A DNA stretch of 64,000 nt, from contig OZ287708.1 in NCBI GenBank assembly GCA_965649825.1, forward strand, positions 639,411 through 703,410. Direction: 5' to 3'. Below are positions 24,601 through 35,292 of the stretch, one piece after another. The notes under the pieces are model-generated. The model saw only the letters and a program-made list of their open reading frames with translations, had not been told where the DNA came from and ran no database searches. Position 1 is the first letter of the stretch, and each line of letters begins with the position of its first letter. The position numbers and the translations under genes are program-made. The DNA is from Penicillus capitatus. Its lineage: Eukaryota; Plantae; Chlorophyta.

Positions 24601-25250
24601 AAGATATGCCAGATAACAGCCAACAACAAACTTTAGTGCTTCCTCCCCAGACCCAACAGCTGGACTGTTCGCGTGAAGAAACTATGTGACAAATTCGAGC
24701 GGCGTTTTGTGTGTTGCATAATAGGGAGGACATATCGGCTTACTGTGACATTCTTGTCGTTTATCCTAAGCCAACTGTGCATGGTAGAGCAGATAGTAAA
24801 GAGTATGTCTAAAGGAATGAGATCAGAGCCTGGCGCAACATTCTTCCCCGATGATGGGCAATCCACGACTCGGTGGTCAAACAGCCGCAACTGTGTTGGG
24901 TCTGTCCATGGATCGCCCAGATTCATTACCAACACATTATCCATTCCTCCGCAATGAGTTTTCAAATAATGAGCAGCAGACGCCATCTGATGATGCCGTT
25001 GCCTTCAGAGCAGTATGTCTGCAATGATCATTTCAAGGAGATGGCTGCACTTGTCGGCCTCGTGCCATGGTGGATGTGCCAATCGATTGTTGTGAAGTGC
25101 CCGGCCGTCTACACTGAGGGGAGAATCGGAGAATGTAGTGGCACCGGACTTTGTACCGGTCACCAAACCGAAAATGCGATCGGTCAAGTGCAGTAGGCCA
25201 CATGGCGGGGGAAAATGGTCGTTGAGAACAGGCAGGCAACTCACAATCAT
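21619..25250 (-). CDS. Class II formin (PTEN-like phosphatase/C2 - FH1 - FH2), multi-exon
   Basis: N-terminal PPCGLLHLTDRIF and MHSWLRINDKNV (plant class II PTEN domain); C2 segment TGDCVV...FSFHSAF; polyproline APPPPPPPP; FH2 KTKSFFWDI...RANNVSIMMTRF...VPRLRVK. Confidence 0.88.
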
Positions 25251-25556
25251 CGTCGCTATCACTGCCACTCGAGGCTCTTTCAGGCCTATACCCAAATTCT
25301 CTATTCGTTCACATTCGACGCAGGCTGTTTCCGTGTATTACCAATTTGGCGCTTGTGCTGTGAATTTTGAGGCAGTAAGTCGCGGCAGTTTGTTCCGCAG
25401 GGCGTTGAACATCACCTAGAGACGAAGTGCTCGTAGGTAATACAACTGGAATAAAAAAGATGCGACGCGTCGGCTCCGTGCGAGAAGTCTCGTCCGTCGT
25501 TCACCGCGAGACGTACAACAGTCGTACAGGATTACGATTTGGACACATCACTCGAA

Positions 25557-26285
25557 TCAACCGGACGACCGAAACAGCGTCCCGCAACAAGACAAGCATC
25601 CTCGATAGACCATGACCATAACAGTCTTGGCACTCTCGGCTCCGCCAGGGAAGTAGGAGACGACATAGTAGATCAGTGCCAGTACTTGGAGACCACAGCA
25701 GAGAAGGGATAGAATGTAGCTTTTGAGTACGATGGCTGCGTACAGGGTGGCAAAGAGCGTTGCCATATAGGCAGCACTGAACCAGATGCGCTCTTTCGAG
25801 ACCATGTGCTTCAATTGCTTCTTCCATCCTCGAAGGCTCGTAAAGGCAGAGAGGATAAGGAGACTGCCTAGAGAGAAACTGAATGCAAATTTTGAAGGCG
25901 ATAGAACGACGAGAGGCAGAGCCACGGTGAAAGCCAGGAAGAGCATCACGAATCCTGCAATCAAGAATCCACCAAAGTAGTACCAATTCTGCATCGATGT
26001 GGCTCTGTGACATGGAAAGGCAGTTGAATGGAGAGGGCGAAGGAAGGGAAAGCGATTATACTCAGTCACAGTCTCTCGTGTCGAGGAGACAGCTGCGGAC
26101 ACGCGATTCGTCAGGTCGTTGACGGCGGTCGTAAAGAGAGACGTCGAAGGTTCAGTCGCGCCACCAGACTCGATATCACGTTGCGCGTCGTTGTTCGAGT
26201 ATTTGGTCCATTCGGCCAAAACAGACGAGCTCGGCACTTCGCCTGAGGAGCTCTCGAAACCAAAGAAGGAACGAATGCTGTCCAT
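25557..26285 (-). CDS. SFT2: Got1/Sft2-family vesicle transport protein
   Basis: FLAFTVALPLVVLSPSKFAFSFSLGSLLILSAF...LKHMVSKERIWFS...QVLALIYYVVSYFPGG; one in-frame intron. Confidence 0.88.
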   Translation of the reverse strand: MDSIRSFFGFESSSGEVPSSSVLAEWTKYSNNDAQRDIESGGATEPSTSLFTTAVNDLTNRVSAAVSSTRETVTEYNRFPFLRPLHSTAFPCHRATSMQNWYYFGGFLIAGFVMLFLAFTVALPLVVLSPSKFAFSFSLGSLLILSAFTSLRGWKKQLKHMVSKERIWFSAAYMATLFATLYAAIVLKSYILSLLCCGLQVLALIYYVVSYFPGGAESAKTVMVMVYRGCLSCCGTLFRSSG

Positions 26286-26612
26286 AACGAATGGGACACG
26301 TGTCGCACTTCGAATGCAAAACAGCCCTTCAGTTTCCCGTTCTGAACATCGGCGGTTGAAGGGCAGCAGTGCTCGAACGCCTGGCAAGATTTATTAAAGA
26401 TGTCTGGCAAAGGTGCCTATTGCAGAACGCAATCCTCAGCTCTTTCCTCCTTTATTGATCAGCTAGGATCGGTCATCTGTTTTGAATCATAATGTGAAAA
26501 GCTCTCGACTCTGTAAAGAGTGAGATCTCTGAATCAATCAAATCGTATTTTCTCACACAAAGAACGATGAAATCGCCTGCAGTGCGCAATCTAAGCAGCG
26601 TTGCGCCTGGTG

Positions 26613-27930
26613 TTACCCGTTGAGTTTCCAGCTGCGTATCACGCCGTCATCGCCACAAGAGATGACTTTTGAGTTCATCAAAACAACAAAAAGAATGGGA
26701 GGATCGTCAACATCGACTGTTCGGAGCATCTCCCCGTTGAGAATGTCCCACACATGAATTTTCCCATCCCATCCAGCACTGGCAACTTGCATTCGATTCA
26801 AAGATACACTGCGAACAGCGCGGGTATGTCCATGCAGTGTCAGGACCGAAGCCCAGGACTGCATGTCCCACAAGCGAACGGTGCTGTCATAGGAACCTGT
26901 TGCAAGCATGTTCTTTTGGATGGCCAAAGAGTAGACGGGTCCAGTATGATCACGGAGAACATGCAAACAAGCTCCTGTGTCTCTAGACCAGACCTTCACG
27001 GTACAATCGCCGGAGCCGCTGAAAATCAAACGCTCATCGACTTGTAGACACCAGATCGGCTTTGGATGAGCACAAATGTGGAATTTACAGCTTCCATTGC
27101 ATTTGTCTAAGACAATGAGACTTCCATTTAACGCACCAGCCACCTACAGACAGTGTTCCACACATCTATCTAGCCACGAGACACATTGGTCGAGGCCTTA
27201 CAATAATCTCCTGATCCATGGCAATACATGTCACGACGGACTTATGGACGACTGATGTAAACACATGTACTAGAGTTGGTGAATGGCCATACATGATCAC
27301 TTTGCCTTGTCCAGTTCCCAAAGCAAGCGAACTTCCATAAAAAGCTAATCGACAGACACCGCACTTAAGCACGCGTCTGGATGAAAGGTGTTTGTCTGAC
27401 CTATACATGTTGCACGGTGAGCTGGGATATCCACGTCGCAGATCGTATGGTCTGTGGTCAAATTCCAAAGCTTGAATCTGTTCTTGGTGCAAGCAGCTAG
27501 CTTGTCGCCATTAAAAGAAAGACACCTGCAGAAGAGACGGATTGTCTATAGATGAGCAGGAGTGAAGGAACGAGACTTGATGTTTTGTTTGGAGCAGTAT
27601 AATTTCTCCTCTTGCAATGTGGAATAGCGCCATCTTTGTTGCGCACCGAATTCTTTTCTCCACTCTACCCGATGCCACATTTCGACGCACTCGGTTCCGT
27701 AAGTGGCCAAACATATCTTCTTCCATAGAAAGGCGTCGTCCTTGCACATTCCGTGCCAGAGCTTGCAAACGAGGGGCGCCGTGCTTAACAAGAATAGACC
27801 ATCGAGACAAACAAGGATCTCTCTCAATACATCGTTTGGCAAGTTTAGCCAATTTCTTTCAGTGGCCTCATCTGACTGCTGCTCCCCCGAATCTGCAGCC
27901 GTGTGGTACTTTACCGAATTTTCCTGTTAA
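26613..27930 (-). CDS. F-box/WD40 repeat protein (FBXW7/SEL-10-like), multi-exon; 5' end unresolved
   Basis: F-box LPNDVLREILVCLD...VCKLWHGMCKDDAFLWKKIC; WD40 repeats FSGSGDCTVKVWS, ATGSYDSTVRLWD, ASAGWDGKIHVWD. Confidence 0.85.
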
Positions 27931-28244
27931 CACACGATTGCCTAGAAAGAGCTGTGCACTCGGGTACACTCACATGCCACAATTGCCGAGACATACTCAC
28001 CCGCTGTTACTTGTGCTCCGCGAACTGCTATCTAAAGAAATGCATAACCGTCCACCTTTGGTCCGTTTCCACCTCGGCGGTTGATCCGCTTGTACCCGCA
28101 GAAAATATTCTGTCAAGAGCAAGAAGTTTGTCCGCAGTCCACGGAAACCCACTCAATATTGCTCGGACGATTTCTTGGCTGCATACTTCTGGCAGCGATG
28201 GAACTCTTCCTCCTTACATCTGCCACATTACGTCGACCAAACGC

Positions 28245-29151
28245 ATGACACCATCAGCGTGGGTTTCATGCATAAAGAGACCGGAAGGATTCGCCGTGCT
28301 CTCGATCCATAGAGAACCCGTCAACGCTTTCGATCTAAATCTGTGGCAACAACTCGACGAAAACATTCGTCACTTGGAAAACGATGCCACGTCGTCACCG
28401 CTGTCCACTTGTGTGAAGATGCTATTGTTTATGTCTAGGATCAAGGGAGTGATTATTTGTTCTGGACTGAAGCGGGATCTGTTTACGGCAGGAAACGATT
28501 TGGGAGAGCTCTATGCACCCAATACATCCCTCCAACGCTACAAACAGTTCTGGAAAACGTCGAATGCCTGTCTGGCACATATTCTTGTATCGCCACTTGT
28601 CACCATCTCAGCCATTCGTGGACAGTGTCCAGCGGGAGGTGGACTCCATACAAGCCAAATCCAAGAACAATGGAATTCTGAGTCCAATACTGTTCCTAGG
28701 TTGCATGTTGTCACTGTGCTGTGATTATCGTCTCATGACGGACTTCGGTCGAATCGGTTTGAATGAAGTCGGACTCGGTATTCCTGTTCCAGGTTATTGG
28801 GGTGAACTCTTTGGAAGAACAATAGGACATGGTCCAGCACGAACCCTTCTTCTGAGTGGAACCATGCTTCCTTCTCAGAAAGCACTGGAACTTGGACTGC
28901 TCGACGACATGTGTGAGAAATCTTTACTGATGCCACGAGCTGAAGCACAGATGACGAAGATGTTAAAGATCCCCAGTGAAGGTCGAGCAGCAACAAAGAT
29001 ACGCATGTTCGGTGGTTTCGTTGAACAATGGACGAATGCTTTGGAGGAAGAGGCAGAATGGGCATTTGTATTCCTGAGCCGTCCCAAGAATGTGCAGTTC
29101 CTCAAGTCCATCATGGACGGACTATCGAACAAGCATTCTGCTCGATTGTAA
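28245..29151 (+). CDS. Enoyl-CoA delta-isomerase (crotonase superfamily, ECI1-like), multi-exon
   Basis: EPVNAFDL, FTAGNDLGELY, AIRGQCPAGG, IGLNEVGLGIPVP, ALELGLLD. Confidence 0.88.
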
Positions 29152-29481
29152 ACTGTCTCGCAGATAATGAAGTTGCTTGCATCCTGCGAAAGAATGCTTG
29201 CAAACCATGAGATGCCGTCGATAGCGACATCCTTGTTGCCGATCGCTGTAAATTCAATGCCATCGATGGGTCACATCAAGAGTAGGTGTTGGCAAAGAGT
29301 GGCGAGTGGGCTTCGTTTTCGACAGCGAGGAATCGATCAAAGTTATGTCAAATGCTAAATCGTGTCGTTACAGAGTCACACAAGTAAAAGTGATCGTGTG
29401 ATTTTGCTGATCAGAGCAATCCATGCTGATTTGACGATCCAACCAACCATGGCAATATGAAAACTCTGAAGAATAAAATGT

Positions 29482-30732
29482 TCAAGAATGTCCTTTTGCT
29501 GTATTTGTTTCGCACTCAGTTGCATGAAGGTTCTCCATATGAGATGACTCCACTGCGATATGTCTTCCGTCATCAACTGGAAGCGAAGCGGCATCGAAAT
29601 TCCCCACTGTCGGCGTCAATGTTGCTGCAGGAATCGAATCCGGAAAACTCGGTTGCATTGCCTGATCATAAGATGTGACTGGCATTTGAATAGAGCATTC
29701 ACCAGCGGGTAGATTTTCCAACGGCTGCTGTGATAATTGAGGCAATCTCGCCACTTGAGATAATACTGTCTGCCAAGAAACAAGATGCTGTCGCCCGTCA
29801 TGCAAAATGATGACAGGCTGGCTCATCGCAATATGACGAAAATCCAAGACAGGTTGTTGTTTCGCAGCTGGATCTGTCTCCGATGCCATCTCTGTATCAT
29901 TCTGCTCGATCGGTTGCGCAACAGAGTTGATGACATTGGGTTTGAAATCGGATGCAATCGGCGACACGGGTAAGGGATGGATGGGCAGGACATCGGATCG
30001 AGCAGCGAGCTCTGCATAAATAGACGATGGCATCGGACGGGTTATGCTCGTAGGATGCATGGACGTATCGGATACACTGATCTGCCCCATTCGCGTCAAG
30101 GACTCTGGCGTCACGCCTTCCATGAACGTCTTTTCTTCCAATACTGTGGAGGACGCATGTGGGTCTTGGAAACTGTTGGATCGCGCTTTTGCATCTGCAA
30201 AGAGCTTCTGTTGCATAGCAATCTGTTGTTCTTCACTGTATCCCGCTGCATCTGCTGCTGTCTTGTGCCCTCTTGGCCTCAGTGCCGCTATCAGAACACA
30301 GCTACCGTGATGTTATGGTGTGGAGAAGCAGACCTGATTTGTTTTTGTTCTCTTCTTTCCACGAATTCCATGCTTCTTTGACGTCTGGCACGAATTCTCC
30401 GAATCCCAATTCTTCCAAGGCTTTTAGAACGTGTTCTGGATGAATTGTGTTTTTCTTTTCGCGTGTTGAGACATCGTTCGATTCGGTAGATAAAAGATTG
30501 ACAAACTCTGTTGGCACAGGAAAGCTCTCCGCGGATGCACGACGGCGTCGGTGTCATACCTGTGCAGCATTCGATGAGCATATCGAGCGAATCCGATCCA
30601 AGTCGTAAATCGTTTGGCGTTAGCTCACGTATCATCTTCGATAACGTCGCTGCGGCGAAAAAAAAGAGTGAGAGGCGGCGGTGCTGGTCGAAGGCTGAGA
30701 CCTTTTGGCAAAGAGACGTCGGACTCGTCCAT
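29482..30732 (-). CDS. DR1: Negative cofactor 2 beta (Dr1 / NF-YB-type histone fold) with a long C-terminal extension
   Basis: MDESDVSLPKA...LDMLIECCT|EFVNLLSTESND...TIHPEHVLKALEELGF; QQIAMQQKLFADAKAR followed by ~230 extra aa. Confidence 0.85.
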
Positions 30733-30856
30733 AATCGGCATAGCGGAACGTCGGAGTGGTCTTCAAGACGACGAGGCCACGAGCGCTAATAGGAATGTGT
30801 CTTCGTGAGCGTCTGAAAATTGTACACAAATGGGCATCATTATACCGTGGAGGATA

Positions 30857-32592
30857 TTAGAAGGTAAGTTTGTACCCACGGATGTCCTGACCTTCCAGCG
30901 TCTCTTTTAGACGACGCATCAATCCCAGACGCAATTCGCCAAAATTTGCGACCTCACGCTTCAGAGCCGTCGCCTAAAAGAACGACGACATGAGTGAAGA
31001 GAGAAAGAGATGTGCGCAATGTGCTACCGCTATTTCTAGGGTCACTTCAGAATCGGATAGAGCTCCCACGTTGACGCCGAAAGGAATGCCATGGTTCAAT
31101 CCAGGAAACTCCTCCAGTGTTTTCGTGATAACTTGAATTACATCATCCAGCTACACATAAAACCCGATGATGAGATTCTACGGAGAGGAGTAGGTGGGTA
31201 GGGACCTTGTCGAAATGCTCGAGGCCGAATTTGAGAACGATGTGTATCCTGCGACCGGATTCCAATGGTAAAATGGCTCGTGTCGGAAATCGGGACTCGT
31301 TTCCAATCACCATTTCTGCCAACAGCTGCACAAGAAGGGCATTGTCCTCAGCTGCACTCAAAGAGTGCGTGTTCGCACTTTGTTTGGCAGAGCGAGTGGA
31401 TAGTTGCGATCTGTCTGGACAATGGTTCTCAGGGGATTGATTCTTTCCACGATGCCGTTGTAGATGAGGGATCCATTGTTGCTGAAGATCTGAACACGAT
31501 CGCCAGCAACAAACGGTCGAGATAGAAACTATAGAGAGAACATGTGAGATCATCACGTCTACGATGTATGAATCGGCGGCTTTACGAGATTGATCCCTGC
31601 AATCATGTTGGCGAGGACAGATTGTGCACTGAGTCCGACAACGATGCCACTGACCCCTCCAAATGTCAAAAGCGGTCGAATGTCAAATCCTGCCAGTCCA
31701 GCAGCGGAGACCACACCCAATCCGACAATTGCCCAGGAGAGGATATCATTCAAAGGAATCACGATACGCTTGTAATCTTGCAACAGAGCTGGAGATCTCT
31801 TGGCCCATTGTTCGAGCAGCCACGTGACATACTGGTTCTTAAATGTCACCAGGAACCATATTCTGTCAAGAACATTGAGAGAAATGGCGATCGATCAGGA
31901 CCTACCCTGCCAGGAGGAACACTTGTTTCAGTACGATGCCGACGAAGTCATCGATCGGTTGCAGAACTTGCAGAGCGAGATCCAGAAACATTTCCAATCG
32001 GCGTCCAAGTGTATTGCGTGTGCATGTTGTGCAGAGACGCATGGTCTCATTCAATCGACAAGTGAGGACGCGAACGCAGTGGAAGATCGCAGAGAGGGGC
32101 AAGAAGAATGCCAGAGGTGCCGACAATGCACGCAAGACAGCGCCTGCCACCGTTTTGCTTCGCTTGACGCGACTGTCCGGGGCCAATTCAGACGTCCATG
32201 TTGCCTAAAGCATGCCTCTGTGTATGAATTCGAGGAAGAAAGGTCGAGACTTCGGTGTGTTTTCGGGTGAAGACGTGCAGCAATCGGATAGCCACGTACG
32301 TCGCGATCGCCGTCGTCACAATTTCGGCTGCTGCCGCTGTGAGAGGTGACCAGACTGGCGTGGACACTTCGAAGACGAGAGGGATTTGCGCATACTGATC
32401 TTCCAAAGCGACGCGCACAAGTGGTCGAACGGCAGGTCGATGGGAAAGAGAAGGACGCCATGAACAGAGCCGTGCAAAAACAGGCGACCCCTCAATACAA
32501 CGCTTCTCTGGCCTGCGCTGCCATTCATGCGCGTTTGGGCGTTGCACTGAAGGCAGTCTTTGGAGAGAGAGCTGCAGGCGCACGAAACGCAT
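30857..32592 (-). CDS. MscS-like mechanosensitive channel (MSL1-like, probably organellar), multi-exon
   Basis: Arg-rich N-terminus; FDIRPLLTFGGVSGIVVGLSAQSVLANMIAGINL|FLSRPFVAGDRVQ...GIVERINPLRT. Confidence 0.85.
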
Positions 32593-32601
32593 TATGTTAA
32601 A

Positions 32602-33827
32602 ATGGCTGAAGGCGACGACTTTGATCAACACGAACCACTACGACGGGATCTCACTGGTTGGCCACTGCTGAATGCAGGCACGACGTGGATAGATACAGAC
32701 AGACCTGCGGGATATGGACCACACACACGAGTGCCACTTCGTCCATCTGTCCTCTGCCCGTCTCGCCATGACCACCATCTGCACCTCAGAGTCGAGAACA
32801 TGAAGCGACGAGCGACAGTTTCGGTGCCTTTGTCTCTGAGACAGACGAATGGCGAGATCTTCTCTTGGTTGCTTTCCTAGACTGATGGTATGTATTCGCG
32901 CACCGTTGACGTACGCGCTGACCGAAATCTCGTCACCGCGTGTCCAGTAGCATTCATCCGAGTGCGCAGGCAAGGTCAGCATCATCTGCCTGTCATGCAT
33001 CACGACGTCTTCGGACAACCGAATCCTCTGCCTCTTTCTTCGCACATTTGTCTGTCATGAACGCGTTGGTGTTGCCAAAATAAGAAAGAATGAACAATAG
33101 CATCGTAACTACATGCTATAAACTTGAATCTCTTCATTACGGTATGTTGTTCTTTGATCTCTGCCCAAGGGAGAACAATATCTCTTTCCTGCAGAACATG
33201 TCACATCTGATAGAATTAACGGCAGCACAGATAACAGAGCATCGAACACTCGAAGACGTGGTCTAAACGAGCGACAGCGGCGAGTCAAGAGCGGTGCAAA
33301 CAGCCATTGCTCTGGGTAGCTAACCTTGCTGAACGAATGAACGATGCACCCGAGGTCTCATTTCAGATCACCGAAGAATAAAATCCGGTCTCTTCGAGTC
33401 GACTTCCGTAAGGCCTCTTATCGCGCAACTGACATACTTAAAACAAAAAATGCCCACGATACCCATTTATTGCACCGAAGTCGTTGTGTTTCAGCGATAG
33501 TGTTTGTAGAAGCGAGAAACCCCAAAGGTCCTCTAACGAACAATAAGGAAAGGAACCAATCAACCGATGGTGGAGGTGAACTCCAACATATGACAGTCCA
33601 CGTATGCTAACAGAACGTATTCCTCTTTGACAGACGACAGCGACCCACAAGATGACAATGTTATACAAAAAATAAAACAAAACTGCCCGTCCAGATTGAT
33701 CTTTGATCCAGATACAAAGACACATCGTAAACTAAGAGAAGTCATGCGTGGTTTTCGTAGTAGCCTCAAGAGAAAGCGAAACTACATGGTTTCGTTGAAT
33801 GAAATTGGATTTGGTGTCAACGGATAA
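32602..33827 (+). CDS. Hypothetical multi-exon protein
   Basis: One continuous reading frame can be built from ATG 32602 to TAA 33827 with 45-63-nt GT-AG introns, including a 7-nt micro-exon at 32881-32887. No family recognised. Confidence 0.35.
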
Positions 33828-33858
33828 CCACTTAGAATCGTCAATGGTCACTGGCTCA

Positions 33859-34752
33859 TCAAGCAAATCCTGCAAAGAAGAATGTCATGTTAGCCTGAGG
33901 TGCAAGGGGAGAGGAGGAGGCAACCTGTGAGAACCATTTTGACAGGACAGCGCTTTCTGTCCTCCAAGGCGGAAGGCTTTCCTGTTCCTGTTGGAAAGCT
34001 TCTTCCATCTGAGCAGCTATTAGAACAATTAACTCCCTAAATGTACTGGCTTCGGCGACAAATGATTCTGGCAGATGCTCTGCAAAAGCTGCACACTGAG
34101 GCTGATCACATCCTGTAATGAATTGATCTCTGAAATGCGTTTGAATAATGATTTCCTCCTGTTCCCCGTCCCATACACTCGCCAACTCCTTCGGACGAAG
34201 GACGACAAGAAACACATGATGGAGTCTGTGCACAGAACGCTCCAAATTGTTATTCACCGTTCTCTTTATGACATTAAAGTTATTCTTTAACATCTCTTTG
34301 GCTATATCATCCACAGATTTCCCACTCAAGCAATCCGTCAATCTCCTCAACTGTATACACAGACGTCAGCTGGAAGAAGAGGACGGCAAGGAGTCGTTCG
34401 TCACTTCGAGAAGGTATGGATCCGAAGTGCCAAGGAGAGTTTGAATGCTCTGTATATGCGTGATGTCTAGCTCAACTTCCTCCCTCTGCTGTTCGGTGTT
34501 TATTTCGAGGTCGAAAATGAGCTCGTCACCAAGCGCGGCGGAATTCGTTAAAAGAATATCTGAGCTTTCTGATTCGAAGAGCTCGACATCTTTACCTCTG
34601 CCGTCATATCGCGGCTTATGGTACTCTGTCTTAAGTTCTTCAGTTGTTCGGCCACATTTTGTCCACGGAAACAAAACGAAACGCAATATCTGAAGCATTC
34701 GCAAGAACTTCAACAACGACGATGATGACAGCACTGGGTCGATTTGGAGCAT
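33859..34752 (-). CDS. DUF506 / PDDEXK-like plant-type protein
   Basis: IIQTHFRDQF...LPESFVA...LIVLIAAQMEEAFQQEQESLPPWRTESAVLSKW matches the DUF506 C-terminal LPPWR...KW signature. Confidence 0.82.
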
Positions 34753-34832
34753 GGAACGAAAAGACGTGATGCGACGGCGTCTGTGTAACAGTCGAATCGT
34801 ACGTGTCTTCTACAGAGGGTCCTCATCCAATC

Positions 34833-35285
34833 ATGGCCCGACGCCCTGTCGAACAGCCCTGGCAACATTCCGGCACAGCGATGGATCTATCCCTCTATTC
34901 CAAGATCGATGACGCTCTCGCAGGAATGGACACTGCGTTTCAGAGCCTTCTGAGTGCGGGACTTGCGCGTGACGAGGAGGATGAACAGAGTCAGCCTGCT
35001 GAGAGCGTCGGTGCTCCCGTTTTTGCGCGAGAAATCGGAACCCACGCCTCGAATGCACTGCAAGCGATTCACCGTTTAAAACAGACGTCCATTCACAGCG
35101 ACTGGAAAACAAACAGCGAGAACAAGGAACACATTCGCATTCGGTTGGAATTGGAGCACAAAAGAATGAGCAATAAGCTGAATCAGATGAGGGACGAATT
35201 GAGGGGGTTGGTCTTGGCGACGGAATCGAATCTCGAGGCATGGAGTGTTGAATCGTCAGACGTGAAGGATGTGATGAATGCTTGA
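34833..35285 (+). CDS. MED22: Mediator subunit 22 (Surfeit locus 5 family), intronless
   Basis: KIDDALAGMDTAFQSLL, AIHRLKQTSIHSDW and ATESNL parallel plant MED22 RVETDITSVVDNFTQIV, SELKQTAIFSGF and ELESHY. Confidence 0.7.
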   Translation: MARRPVEQPWQHSGTAMDLSLYSKIDDALAGMDTAFQSLLSAGLARDEEDEQSQPAESVGAPVFAREIGTHASNALQAIHRLKQTSIHSDWKTNSENKEHIRIRLELEHKRMSNKLNQMRDELRGLVLATESNLEAWSVESSDVKDVMNA

Positions 35286-35292
35286 TGCGGTC

